Shown piece after piece: positions 36,625 through 50,211 of a stretch of DNA of 64,000 nt. Under the pieces are notes generated by a model. The model was not told the origin of the DNA. It made no database searches and saw only the letters and a program-made list of their open reading frames with translations. Every line of letters begins with the position of its first letter. Positions within the stretch are counted from its first letter, which is position 1. The position numbers were made by a program, and so were the translations under genes. The DNA comes from Octopus vulgaris (taxonomy: Eukaryota), in NCBI GenBank assembly GCA_951406725.2, contig OX597825.1, forward strand, positions 40,424,001 to 40,488,000, in the 5' to 3' direction.

Positions 36625-38260
36625 GACGGATATTTGTCTTCATCTTGTTTGTTGTTAACATAACGTTTCGGCTGATAAACCCTCCAGCCTTTATCAGGTG
36701 TCTTCGGAGAAAATATCGAACCTGGGGTCTCATTCCTAAGGTATTTTTCGATGTGATATTCTTCTTCTTATAATTATTATTCTGATCACTACCTGGAATC
36801 GAATTTAGAATATTGGGGTTAGTGGCACGCGCTCTTAACCACTGCACCATATGCCTGTGTACAATTATGGAGTGAATTTTAGGTCTTATAAATCTAATAT
36901 TCTCTTATCCTTCCATAATACCGGTTCCAATATGCTATTCATATCTGCATTCAGTCTTCTTAGGAAGTTGTGTCTTAGCATATGTGCTGCTTCTTTTAGT
37001 TTTCGTATTCTTCAGTGGTGTTCTCTGTCTAATATTTTAAATTCATCCCACAGGGGGAGTTGTTCTCCATTTTTCCATACATGATCAGCTATACCCGATT
37101 TATCAATATCTCCTCATGTCACAGCTTTGCGATGTTCGTCTACTCTTATTTCGAAGAGGCGGCATGTTTCGCCTTTGTATAACCTGCCACAGCTGCATGG
37201 GATGGAGTACACGCAGTTTTTGTTCATATTCTTTCTATTGGTGGTTTTACTCAAAGGAGATATTTGCGAAGTGTTGTATTTCTCTTGAATACTCACCAGG
37301 TGTCATATGGGCCGCATATATTTTGTATCTTTTCGGAGAGGCCTTTCACATAAGGTAGATAGACTGTGGGTATTTTATTAGCTTCATCCTCTCTTTTCTT
37401 CATAATTGGAGTGAATAGTATGTTTTGTGGGGTAGTTTTTGCTTAATAGATTGTTATTTAACACTATTCTTGTAGATATATATCAATGCCCATACTGAAG
37501 TAGGTAGTTTTTACACAGGAGGTCAACTTTTCCATCAAGTTTCTTATTGGTATAATAGTGCATCCTTTTAGATGGGTGTCTGTCACTAGTTTTTCTTGAA
37601 ACGCCGCTAGTGCTTGAACAGTTGGGACTTTGGTGAACAGATTTATCACATCTAGACTCACCATCTTGGATGCAATGAGGGTATCCTTGATTGATTCTGT
37701 GAAGTGGGTGGAATTCTTTACGGTTCAGTGGATGACATGCTGAACCCCTACAGCTCACTATAATTATTAATGGAATACCATTCTTGTGAATCTTAGGGAG
37801 GATGGTCATGTATGGTAGCTTACTGTAGTGTTGAGTCACTTGTCTGTACTTCGTTGCTGTAAAGTGATCCCTATTCTTGACAAAGGTCTGTGACAACTTT
37901 TTCTCTGTTTTGAGAGTTGGGTCTTCCTTTACTTTGCTCTAGCTACCATCACTTATAAGACTTGCCAGTTTTTCCGACTATTCAGAATTGTTCATCACCA
38001 CTGTAGCATTTCCATTGTCCACTGGAGGTGTTATGATGTAGTCTTTTGATAGCGAACTTTTCTTCCTTAGTGATGTTTGATTTGGGAAGTTTCACTTTTC
38101 TAGTACCTGTCTAACATTCCACCTTAGTTCATCTCCCTGAGCTTTTTGATATCAAGTATAGAAAGCGCTTGATGGTTGTCGCAAAATTGAGACCTTTGTT
38201 TAGTACTGCTTCTTCAGAGCTTCCTAGATGTCTGCTACTTACATTAATTACTGCTTTCAC
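36625..38260 (-). mobile_element. Decayed Penelope-like element (RT, GIY-YIG, pseudo-LTR with tRNA-like segment and decayed HHR)
   Basis: LPKIHKNGIPL, VSLDVINLFTKVP..TTYF (PLE RT); VYSIPCSCGRLYKGET..RVDEH (GIY-YIG); gacac-CTGATAA-aggctg..cagcc-GAAA-cgtt at 36655-36702. Confidence 0.85.
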
Positions 38261-38284
38261 GAGTGGGTGACGGACTTCAGTCTT

Positions 38285-39295
38285 CATTCTCTAATATCCC
38301 TTTCTGTAGCGCAGTTGGTACTACCACTCTTTGTGTGTACATTGATACATCGTCGCAGAGTAAAAGATGGTTTGCATTCATATTTCATTTTTGTTTAGTT
38401 TTCAATCTTTCCTTCATTTTTATGATGTATTCGTCCTTTACTGATTTAATTTTTATATCTTGTACGGTCACTGGCAACTCCAGAATGACATTACACATAC
38501 CGTTTTCGATTTTCTTTTTTGATTGTAATGCGACTTTCGCCATGTCTTCCAATTGCTCCTCATTCTTCGCAAATAATCTAGATAAACAATCCGCATGGCC
38601 ACTTTTCTTACAAGGTATTTACTCTATTTTAAAGTAGTAATTTCGAAATATTGTTAGTTGAATGGGTAGGAATTCCTTTCCTCGATCCGAAAATTGTAAG
38701 TAATGGTCGGTGGTCCGTCTAAAACCGAAAATTTCCACCGTGGAAAAATCTGTGAAATTTCTTCACGGCAAAAATAATTGCTAAAGCCGTTTCTCTATCT
38801 GACTTTAGATTATTCTGCTGCAGTCAGAGCACGGGAGGCGGGAACGACCGCGTTCATATTACCGTCTTTATATTTGTTTTGCAAGCCTTCTCATACGCCG
38901 TATTCAGAAGCGTCAGAAGCCAGAATCTCCACTGCAGGACCGAAATGAGACAGCGACAATTTCGAAATTAATATTGTTTTAATATCCTGAAATGCCTTTT
39001 GACTCTTATCTGACCGATTCCATTTGGTGTCTTTATTTAGCAAATTATTAAATGAAGATCTCAATTCATACGTGCTTGGTGTGTAATTCTGATAATTGTT
39101 CGCTAGCCCAAGAAAAGTTCGTCATATCGCTATATTAGTTAGGGGGGCATATTTTCAATTGCGCCGGCCCTCGACGGGTCAGGTCGTCTTCTATTTTTAT
39201 AATTTGTCCTAAATATTTAATTTCAGGCAAGAAGAATTTACAATTATCCTTACTGAGTACGAAATTGTAATCTATTATTTTTTGAAAAACACACT
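38285..39295 (-). pseudogene. Ty3/gypsy pol remnant (RT end, RNase H, linker), distinct from the adjacent LTR element and not called in the ORF track
   Basis: Manual translation CKFFLPEIKYLGQII, RPDPSR..AIENMP..FLGLAN, AFQDIK..LSHFGP..ASDASEYGV, HADCLSRL, RVVVPTALQKGIL. Confidence 0.8.
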
Positions 39296-39442
39296 TCATA
39301 TGTTTGATATGCTGATCACGAGATTCGCTTTAAAGCGAATCTCGTGATCAGGTATGCAATTGCAAACTGACAGTCCGTATATGCAGATGAGCGTATAAGT
39401 GAGCGTGTATGAGTGCATACGCATACGAATAAGGATTGTATA

Positions 39443-39621
39443 TGTAACACTAATGATAGCAGCTGCTGCACCCAACCTAGCGACGTCTTCCCAAGTCCTC
39501 ACACCTCGATGACCCTTGTTCGAAAGGCCGAAATCGCCGGTCTGCGCGCGCCTGCCGGCTGCCCCCTTCCGCTCGGCTCCAACTTCCGGTCAACTTACCC
39601 AGCTGCTGACGTCATCCCACA
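39443..39621 (-). repeat. 3' LTR (probably internally deleted)
   Basis: Closely matches 43350-43525; minus strand starts TGTGGG and ends TTACA. Confidence 0.85.
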
Positions 39622-39634
39622 CGCCACCATGATC

Positions 39635-40569
39635 TTAAAGATCATAATCTCTCCGCTCCATGTCGTAGTCCACCATCCAACCGGGAGAGCGCCTTGCGCG
39701 TCGAGATCTTCTCAAGCTGGGCACCTCGTTCTCTCCCTCTCCAGAATCGTCGTCCGTCGAAGCGACAATCCTGCGAAGGTCCAAGACGTGTTGCGGCATT
39801 CCATCCACGGATACGTTGTTTCTGGAATTGACTGCCGTCACCGTTCCTCTGCTCCGTTGAGCCGTACAGCGCGCCTTTGGTGGCTTAACCCAGACTTCCT
39901 CCCCTATTTTCACGCAAACGGGTCCCTTCTCTTCCTCGTGACCCTCCGGCGCTTTGCACGGGTGCCTCCATTCATATTTGAACACAGCTCTCTGCGGCGC
40001 AGATTCCTCAGCTTGTCCGGATCGGGGAGACAAGTTGTACCTAAAAACTGCTTCAAGCGGCGAAATGTGCCCTCTTTCCGATATGGCCTTGACTGTCCGA
40101 TGGTGCCTCTCCACGATCCCGTTACCGCTCGGCCTATACGCTGCTCTGAACAAGCGACGCATATTCCAGCGATCAAGCATAACGCTCAATGCTTCGGAAC
40201 GAAACGCCGCCCCGTTGTCCATTAGTATTTCTTCCACGGGACCTCTCTCTAAAAATATCCCGTTCAGGATCTGCGCGACCTCGTCAGCAATGTTCGTTCT
40301 CAACTCCCTCCAAATGGCCAGCCGGCCTGGCCCGCAGTCGACCATGCAGAGGTACATTCGCTGACGGTAGTGTGTCACATCCACAGCTAGCCTTTTCCAG
40401 TTCTGCTCCACGGAAAGGCTTCCCTATTCATGCCCACACGGAGCAGGGTCGATGGACTGACACCTGTTGCAGCTCCCGACCACCTTCCAGATGATTCTCC
40501 TAGTGACGTCAGCATCAATTTTCTTCGCCAGATACAGGGTCCTGTCCACACCCAGGTGATGCATAGCAT
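39635..40569 (-). pseudogene. Integrase (HHCC plus DDE), frameshifted
   Basis: HAMHHLG..CNRC; LAVDVTH, ILMDNG, GNGIVERHHRTVK. Confidence 0.9.
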
Positions 40570-41884
40570 GCAGTTTCTTCAGTTCAGAGTCATCCAACCG
40601 ACACGCCGCAGCTATCCCTTTCCGTGCCTCCTCCGGTTCTTCCAACCACGCTCTTTTCACCCTGGTCAGTACGTCCGCTCTGTTTTTCTCCGAAGGCACG
40701 AAAACCACATTCAGATTCAGTCCGAACTCGGCGATCAATTCACCTAGAACTCCTAGACAGCGCTTCACTAACATCTCCGCAGCACCTTCAGTCCGCATTC
40801 TCCTTTCACCGGTGATCACCGATCCTACCCAGCCAAGCACAGTGGCCGAATCCGTCCGGATTTCAATTGTGCGCAGCCCCCATTTCAAGGCCAAGTTCAT
40901 CCCTTTCAGCACCGCGTCTAATTCGGCGACATTCATGTGGTTGAAATCATCTGCATTCCGAAGCCAGGCCGCGTCCTCCACCGCAGAACCTTCGATTGCC
41001 ACCACAACCCCTATCGCTATACTGCTAGCATCACACCAGACGGTCCCGCATTCCGTCTTGGGCACGTACCAGTTCCCCCTAACCGGGTCTTCCGCTCTCA
41101 TCCTCTCTAGGATTTCCTGCATCATCGCCACCGTCCCTTCTCCCACCTTGTCGCCCCAACTCTCCCCCTCTGCTCGTCTCTTGGTGTAACTACACGCCGT
41201 GCGCAGCCATCCAGCGATCGGGTAGGGACCCACCAACATCCCAGACACCGAGAACAGCTCTCTCCTGCTGACGCTGGAACTCAGCTCTGGGATTTTATTC
41301 CCTCTCCGGAACACCAATTCACCCAAATCTATCTCTTCGCAGCTTCAACCCCAGCACGGCTGCCCCTTCCATCGACTCCGGTGGCTTAGCAATCAGTCCG
41401 AACTTCTGCAGATGTCTGACTACCTCGTTGGCTGGCACTACAGTTTCGTCCACCAAAATGTCGTCAATGTAGGGGCTGGTGACCTTTCTAATCTTGCCGT
41501 CTTTCCCTAGTACGGACCTAAGCACTGCCGCCATGATCTTCGGAGTGGAATTCAGCCCGAAACTCAGCCTGGTTAAACAGTACGTCCGGCCCTTGTACCG
41601 CACCAGCTGATATCGCCACAGTTTGTCGCTCACATGGAGTTGCAAGTATGCCGATTTCAAGTCGGCATATATTTCATCGCTGTTGACTGTCTCTACGCAC
41701 GTAATGTCTCGCCACAAACGTCCGTCACCTCACCTCCCGTGTGACACGATATATGCTTGTTTAGCTCCCTGAAGTCCAGAACCGGTCTGACCTTTCCCTT
41801 CGTAGGCTGCACCACCGCCATCAGGGGTAGCACTCCACCCGCTACCTCCTCCTTCAAGGGACAAGGACCCCTTCCTCGATCCAT
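40570..41884 (-). pseudogene. Reverse transcriptase plus RNase H, frameshifted
   Basis: VRPVLDFRELN, DLKSAYLQ, LSFGL, YIDD; WCDASS, NVAEL, TDS, NRADVLTR. Confidence 0.9.
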
Positions 41885-42145
41885 CTCTCCACCTCGTCTT
41901 CAAACTCCACCCTGGTGTGGCCTTTCAGGGTATGCTGGTAACAGCTCACCCTGGGGCTCGTCCTTCCATCGCCACTCTATCGTCCACCGCTGACTATCGA
42001 ACGCCGACTGAAAGTCTTTGTCCTCGAGGGTGTAAGCGGCGCAGTCCCTCGTGGGGCTCTGCTCTCTCTGGCGATCCTGACTCGCAGTACACGACGCCCC
42101 CACGCTTCCGAACGTGACCTCATTTCCCACAACACTGGACGCCAC

Positions 42146-42430
42146 CGAGGCAGTTGATGGCGTCCAATCCCCATCACCACATCAACTCCATCTATCACGC
42201 GTTCGGCCACAATTGCCCGCAGCCTTAGCGTCGCGCCGCGCACCACTATCTCTACCTTGCTGCTGCCTCTGCAACTGATTTCGATGCCAACGACCGCCCG
42301 GACGCTACTCACCCCGTTCCATTCCTTCGTCAACCTCGAATTCACAAGGGTGGTCGTACAGCCCGTATCCACGAGGGCCTTGAACGTCTTCCCCTCGGCC
42401 TCCACGTTAATCAATGGCAGCGTCTTCAAT
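42146..42430 (-). pseudogene. Retropepsin-type aspartic protease
   Basis: KALVDTGCTTTLV..DVVMG. Confidence 0.85.
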
Positions 42431-42479
42431 AGCGTCTCTACTCGTTTGTGGGGAAATTTCAAGAGGTAGCAACTTCCCC

Positions 42480-43196
42480 GTGGTCGTTTCCCTGGTCGCA
42501 ATCACGGGCAATGTGCCCTGTCTATCTGCATCGATAGCAAACGGGTCCCGGTTGCGTAAAATCCCGCGCCATGTGCGGTGCCTGTCATCTAAAACACCGT
42601 CCTGAGAACGGCCGCTCTCGTTGCATGGTAAGCTTCTGAATGTCTTTCTCCGGTCGTCGTCCGTCTTTATGCGCCTCCGTCACCGCCATCGCCTTCCGCC
42701 CAGAGTGTCGTGTCAACACGCGGGACTGAGCCACAAGTTCGCTCAGCGCCATCTTTTTAATTCCGGGCAATCGTTGTAGGTGAATCCCTACATCGTCGGG
42801 GAACCCATTCACAATCACCAGCCGGGCTGCTCTTTCCAGCCTTTCTCCCGCAAACCCAGCCAGAGTCGCTAACCTTCTAACTTCTGCTGCGTAGTCATCC
42901 ACTTGTCCTCCTGTCCATCTGATCGCACCTAGCTTAGCAAAAGCTGTGTATTCACATTCTGTGTAGGCATCTCGCAAGCGTCGCCCTATGTTCTCCTCGC
43001 TCAGCCGTTCCTCCTCGTCCATCTCAAGGTATAGCTTTAAGGCGCTCCCTTTTAAATACAGCGCCATAAGACATGCCACATCGCTTATACCTTGCAGTCT
43101 TGCCACCAGCCTGATTTTGCGAATCCAGGCCACTACATCGCCTTCACCATTAAAGGGTCGGACGATGTCGCTGGCGATCCTAATTTTCGCAGACAT
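42480..43196 (-). pseudogene. gag with zinc knuckles, premature stop
   Basis: ATG at 43196 (MSAKIR..PFNGEGDVVAW); GRCFR* followed by CYRCRQTGHIARDC. Confidence 0.8.
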
Positions 43197-43219
43197 AGTG
43201 TCGACGAATCGTGTTGAAA

Positions 43220-43525
43220 TGTAAATATTTAAGAATCGCCGAAATAGCTTGTAGTGTGTGCGCGATATGAATATAAAGGCACCTACCTTCTCTTCGCCCT
43301 GATGGAGACCCTTCAGTGGTAACGGATCCTTCGACACAGCCCCGACCCGAACACTAATGAAAGCAGCTGCTGCACCCAACCTAGCGACGTCTTCCTACGT
43401 CCTCACACCTCGATGACCCTCGTTCGAAAGGCCGAAATCGCCGGTCTGCGCGCGCCTGCCGGCTGCCCCTTTCCATTAAGCCCCAACTTCCGGTCAACTC
43501 ACCCAGCTTCTGACGTCATCCCACA
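43220..43525 (-). repeat. 5' LTR
   Basis: Matches the 3' LTR over 43350-43525; inner end inferred at TTACA (43220). Confidence 0.7.
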
Positions 43526-44292
43526 TATACATCTTCACATATATATTTTCTCAGATTACTAAGCACTGAACTGCTATTTCCTTAATTCTTCATATCTTTG
43601 CCCCACAATTAGAGTCTACTACTACACGTTGGTCTTTCCTGTACCTCTTAAATCTCCATTCCTCTATCTTCTACACTATAATACCTTTCTCTCTCTATCC
43701 CCGCTCCTATCTTCAGATTATCTCCACTGACCACTGACTGATCTATATCTTAATTTTTCTTTATTCTTTTCTCTTTATTCCCTTTATTCCTATCTTGAGG
43801 GTTTTTATTCTTTATACGTTTTTTATCATTTTGTTATTTTTACTAATCTTCTCTCTCCTTTCTTTCTCCTTTTTCCTTTCTCTACTCCTTTTTCTCTTCC
43901 GTTTTTTTCTCTTTATTTCATCCCTCTCTGCCTGTTTTCAACTTAACCATACTAATACACACCCTATTTCTAGGTCATTTTAAATACAAACTATTAACTC
44001 TGCAACACTGTATATAAATTACCTACTGGGAATGACCGAGTTTAAAAATCTGTTGGATCTCAATCATATGGGAATCTTACATTGCTTATAAACTCTATAT
44101 TTGGAAGGACTCATATTAAACTCTGGTGAACTTTTTGATTTTACTCAAAGGATAATCGAATACTGCATATATACCATTATGCCTATAAAACGGATTTACA
44201 ACTTCAATACCCATACATATCTTACATCTATCTTACATCTCACTCTCTATTTTGTATCACATCTAAACTGACTTAATTTTTCCTCTCACACC

Positions 44293-44344
44293 GTCTTCGA
44301 TGAAGGGATATTATTAATATATATCCTAGAAACGGCTGTAAGAC
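44293..44344 (+). ncRNA. Decayed hammerhead motif in a probable PLE pseudo-LTR remnant (~43560-44410)
   Basis: gtct-TCGATGA-agggata..tatccta-GAAA-cggctg-TA-agac; helix I gtct/agac intact, core mutated. Confidence 0.5.
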
Positions 44345-44412
44345 TTTCTATCTATAAAAGGCCTAAAATCTATACAACCTTGGTTTTTTTATCTTATTAC
44401 GCAAAAAATTCT

Positions 44413-44450
<38 letters not shown>

Positions 44451-44494
44451 CGTAGAGAAGTAAGTATGTAAATATATATATATATGTATATATG

Positions 44495-44587
<93 letters not shown>

Positions 44588-44588
<1 letters not shown>

Positions 44589-45000
44589 GGCGTAGGAGTG
44601 TCTCTGTGGTAAGTAGCTTACTTACGAACCACATGGTTCCTGGTTCAGTCCCACTGCGTGGCATTCTGGGCAAGTGTCTTCTATAGCCTCGGGCCGACCA
44701 AAGCCTTGTGAGTGGATTTGGTAGACGGAAACTGAAAGAAGCCTGTCGTATATATGTATATTTATGTATATATGCAGGTGTGTATATGATTGTGTGTCTG
44801 TGTTTGTCCCCCCAACATCGCTTGACAACCGATGCTGGTGTGTTTACCTCCGCGTAACTTGGCCGTTCGGCAATATAGATCGATATAATAATTATTAGGT
44901 TTACAAATAATATTTCCTGGGGTCGATTTGCTCGACTAAAGGCGGCGCTCCAGCATGGCCGCAGTCACATGACTGAAACAAGTAAAAGAGTAAAAGAGTA
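44588..45000 (+). mobile_element. Full-length tRNA-derived SINE
   Basis: A-box-like gtgtctctgtggtaag, B-box ggttcagtcc, conserved body, (gtaaaaga)n tail; other copies at 1003 and 15080. Confidence 0.8.
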
Positions 45001-45346
45001 ATACAAGAGATCTGAGATTGTGTGTTCCTGACGTCATAGGAGACATATTGGAGAACTTGTGCTTGAAGAGTAACTCCTCCTTGACATTAGCTGTCATGTC
45101 TCTAGGGCAAACTACAGTGCCCTCCCTTACATAATAACTGATAAAAAATAAAATTAAATTTTAAAAACTTAATTTCATAATCTACATGTGTCTGCACACG
45201 TTTCCAAAAAGAAAATTTGAATTTCTTTTTAAAATATCATGCGTATATATACACACGCATGCATACATACATACATATACATATTTATATGCCCTTATAT
45301 GTATCTAAAAACATATACATACACACACACACACATACACACACAC

Positions 45347-45383
<37 letters not shown>

Positions 45384-47841
45384 TATGTATATATATATTA
45401 TGGGTTGATATGGTTTACTCCGTTGCTGCACAGCGTTCTATTCCATGTGTAGTTAGTCAAACAATAACGAAATGAAGTAATAGGAAAAAATGTTTTGGTT
45501 AAAATATGTTGGAAAACCAAGCATATATATATATTCTAGTATATAAAGTTAAATTTTCTAAGATAAATACCGTGCATATATAATTTACGTGAAATAGAAT
45601 CGTTGCAACTAAAATAACCGATAATTATCTTACTCTGGCTAAAGGAAAACATATAATTTGAAAATGATGTCATTATGCACAAAAAATCTTATTCGCACAT
45701 TTTATTCATTTGTGAGATATGATTGAATTCAGTATCAATATGTATCTGATGAAGATTATATATATTTTTGAAGCTCACCTAATTATAAATATGATTTAGA
45801 GGATGATCAAACAGCATGAGTTCGTGGTAGAGCTGGCAATATTAAGAAATTTCTCTATTCATACAAATACATTAACAGATATGGAAAAAATATATATAGA
45901 ACATATTTTTTCTGGAAAATAATTTGATATTTTAAAAGGCAATCAAACAAAAGAAAGTTGAAATATACAATATAATTAATAGATGGTCTGCCTTGGTAAA
46001 TGATGAAAGACGAAATGTAAGAAGGTCCGCAATGTTATATAATCAATAACGTTTCTGTAAATTTTTTCACATATTACGAATCTATGAACTGTAATAGATA
46101 AAAAACATTCTAATGTTGCCAAAGATCCATTTTAATAATATTATATGAGTTTTATACATGTGTTTATGTGTGTGTGTGTGGTTGGCCGTTGAATTCTATT
46201 TCAACACTATTTACTTTGTATTTACCATTAACGTTTTCGTTGCTGAGGGAGTACTTGAATGCTACAGATCTATTATGTAACTGATATTTGAATTATATAT
46301 TTGCATGATATTTGCATTATATACCTTCATCTTGAAGAGTGAGTTTATAGTACTTATGCTGCAAGATAGACAAAACAAACAAAATTTATATGAAGATATG
46401 AGAACAGTAAATGAAATCTGAGGGATCTAATTGCAAGCACTTAACAACATGAAGGTTTTATCCGTGTTGTAGGTAATATTATTTGTCTTTTTTTTATTTA
46501 TTGGTTTGCAATGCGTTTGGACTGAGTATTAAATAATAACGTTTCGTATGGGTTATTGGAGATTTCTTTATATGGCTGTTTCAGACCTTATAGCAGAGAA
46601 AATTGCACACCCAAATAAGGCTACCCTTATCCCTCGTTTCCAACGTAGCCTGATGGCTTACATCTATGTTTTTACTTGCAGGGTGGAAACAGTCAGAACG
46701 AAAAAAATAGCTCTCGTTTGTATATCATTTAGTTACTGATATTGGATGTAACTACACTGAAGCACTAGAGAAATGAGAAGAAGTAATTAAGGTATCAAAT
46801 TTGCTTAGGTTTGTGGATTATTAGTTCAAACAAACAAAACATTGTAAACGGTGATAATGTTTAGATATAAAGCAGAAAGTTTATCAAACAGACTTCAAAC
46901 ACTCTTATTAATAACTATATTCGTTTATCATATCCTTAAAGTGACAGTGGTTAGATCGGTATAGTAGATGTGGCTCTGACTGAAAGAAAAGCAGGGCAGA
47001 TATTTTGAGAAGGTACAGAAAGAGTAATTATTGCAACTCAATATCTCGATGTAAACTGAGAAGTTTGTTTGTAACAGCACCACACTAAACTATACGTTTA
47101 TAATAATAAAAATCGTATAGCAGGGAAACTTTTTGGAACTTTACCAACGTGAACACATCTCGTGGATTTACTTTCATGTTGAATACGATCAGTATACAAT
47201 AACATTCAATTGGCTAAGGTATGTTACTGGGAATGACAGAGACCGCTGTGACATACATGATGCAAAAGCCCAGAACAAACTCGTGGAGTGATACTTTCAG
47301 CACTTTTCATATGGTAATTCACAGAAACAAGTATACACACACGCACACTCACACATACACACATTTATATATACAGGAACATGTGTATCTATGTGTGTAT
47401 GTATTTATGTATCTATCAATTCATATACACACGTAAATACAAGTACATATCAAATTTCCAAAGTCTCAGTTTTAACTCATGGGGACGCCAATTTTGTTGC
47501 TGATAATAATTTTTGTAATTAAGAGGTGTAACTCTTCAATTTACCTGAAAATCACCCAGTTTTATAATTTTTCCCCTCTATCAGTTCAGGGACGATGCAA
47601 CCTGTAGTCAGTGCATTAGTAAAGAGTCCTCCTTTATCACAACATATAAACCCCTTTTGTATGCGTCCACCACAAATGACACTACTACAAGGGACTGTGA
47701 ATAATACCCTAGCAAATATTATAAATGATATATTCAGAGCAATACAATCACTAACATTACAACCACAACACGTCACTTTTAGGTCACTTAACTATTTAAG
47801 AGGATTCCACCAACATCCTACTATTGCCACACCACTCTGCA

Positions 47842-48000
47842 TTCTTCTTCTTCTTTTTCTTCTTCTTCTTCTTCTTCTTCTTTTTCTTCTTCTTTTTCTT
47901 CTTCTCCTTCTTCTTCTCCTTCTTCTTCTTCTTCTTCTTCTTCTTCTTCTTCTTTTTCTTCTTCTCCTCCTCCCCCTTCTTCTCCTTCTCCTTCTTCGCC
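47842..48000. repeat. (TTC)n microsatellite
   Basis: Read directly from sequence. Confidence 0.95.
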
Positions 48001-48171
48001 TCCTTTCTCAACTACTGCTGCTGCTTAAACAATCAAAATCAAGAATTCATATCAAATATTAGGACTACTCCACATCAATTTATTAATAAGACGTGTACAT
48101 TCCTTTACTTTTAATAGCTTCAACACATCTCCCTCTACAGGATTAGACCAATTTCTCACATTTTGTATACA

Positions 48172-48234
<63 letters not shown>

Positions 48235-48239
48235 CGTGT

Positions 48240-48300
<61 letters not shown>

Positions 48301-48316
48301 CATACGTACATACATA

Positions 48317-49559
48317 CAGGGTGTCCCCAAAAAATGTATACACACTTTAGCAGCTGGTAACTCAATTGATGTTTTTTCTGTCCAGATGAAACCTATAGGA
48401 TTTAATGATGGCAGTCAGATTAAGCTTTGAACAAAGAAAATTCATTCTAAAATGATACTGGAAGTGTGAAAATGCAGTTGAAGTGCAAAAACAGTTGGGG
48501 AGGGACTTTCAAACAGATCCACCAATGCAACTCCCTATCACTTGAATTAGAGATAAGTTTGAAGCTGATGGAACTGTCCAGAATGTCAACGATAAGCATT
48601 CCAGAAGACCCCGAACATCAACAACCCCAACAAAGCAAGGAGTACTGGAAATGAATCACCAAAGTCTAAGAAAATCTGTGCGGCAAAGCGAGTCATGAGG
48701 TAGGTATTCCAAAATCATCTGTCCAATGCATTTTGAAGCATTGTCAATGGAAAAGTTACATTCCAAGATTAGTCCATGCTATTAATGATGATGATCCAGA
48801 CGAAAGAGTGCAGCATTGCGAGTGGTACTTGAAACGATGTGTAGAAGTTGCACACTTTCCAACAAAGATTGTGTGGAGTGATGAAGCCACATTCAAATTA
48901 AATGGTTCAATTAACTGCCACAATTGTACCTACTGGGGTCCTGAGAATCTGCATGTTATGGTGAAACACCATGTTAATTTGATATTTGTGTGGTGTGGTT
49001 TATCATCAACAGGATTAATTGGACCATTATTTTGTTATGCTACTGTGACTGGTCCCGTTTACTTGAACTTGTTGCAACAGTCTGTTATGCCAAGCATTAG
49101 AGAAGACTTTGAAGATGAGGAGTTTTATTTTCAGCAAGATTGGGCACCCCCACACTATCATTGCTATGTTAGATCCTTCCTTGATGAGATCTTGCTAAAC
49201 AGGTGGATTGGATGAAGAGGTATGGTTGAATTCACCAGACCTCACACCACTAGGCTTTTTTATGGGGATACCTTAAAGACAAATTCTAAGCTATGAAACA
49301 TACAAGTCGCTGATTTGAGAGCAGCCATTGGACGCGAGTGCACACAAATACCAAACAAATTCCTTTGTGATATTTGTGATTCCATTCCTTTGCGTTGTCA
49401 GCAGTGCCTGGACAAGACCGGACATCAGTTTGAAAACAGGCATTGACAAAACAATAAAATAATGTCTGTAGATTCTATTAAATTTTGAAAATGAAGTGTC
49501 TTTTAATAAACAACTTTACAATTGTTTAAAGTGTGCATACATTCTTTTGGGACACCCTG
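48317..49559 (+). mobile_element. Tc1/mariner-superfamily transposon (DD37D/DUF4817-like), full length, pseudogenised
   Basis: TIRs cagggtgtccccaaaaaatgtatacacacttta / taaagtgtgcatacattcttttgggacaccctg with TA on both sides; [34 protein letters not shown]. Confidence 0.92.
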
Positions 49560-49584
49560 TATAAACACACTCCCACACACAGAA

Positions 49585-49653
<69 letters not shown>

Positions 49654-50211
49654 TGCAGCGTGGAAGGTGTTTATAAGCCATTTAAGAAACACACAAAAGC
49701 CGTTCGATTCACTCCAACATTTAAGTTTAATTTGTCAAAATATTTTCGTCGCTAAAATCCGCGACCTGTTCACTGACAAAGTCCGTGCTGCATCTAAGAA
49801 AGTAACAGTTAGTTCGTCATATATATGTACGTATGTATGTGTGTATGTATGCATACATGTGTGTATGTATGTACGTATGCATGTACGCACATACGCCTGT
49901 GTATGCATGTATGTATGTATGTATGTATGTATGTATGTATGTATGTATGTATGTATGTATGTATATATGTATGTGTGTGTATAAGCACGCACATACACTC
50001 TATAAAACATAAAGTTATAAACCTGTAGCGATGGATGGATGTAGAGTGACCGCTCATCACAACGCTATCAAATTTCAACTCCCTACGGCCGAGGCTAGAA
50101 AGTGAATTTATGACGCTTGCTCACAAGAACTATACCCTAAAATCTATTATCAGATTTTTATCTCTATATCACAGAACTAATGTTTTACTATTGTTCGTAT
50201 GTATGTATGTA

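Larger units (their letters stand above)
39443..43525 (-). mobile_element. Ty3/gypsy-like LTR retrotransposon, near full length, frameshifted
   Basis: Direct repeats 39443-39621 and 43350-43525, TG..CA termini, TATA on both flanks; domain order gag-PR-RT-RH-IN. Confidence 0.92.

Noticed and set aside
39413-40225. 270-aa plus-strand ORF and neighbours
   Set aside because: Antisense shadow of the GC-rich LTR element
47570-47830. Possible host exon after a pyrimidine tract and AG
   Set aside because: No recognisable protein similarity, donor site or partner exons; cannot be supported without RNA-seq
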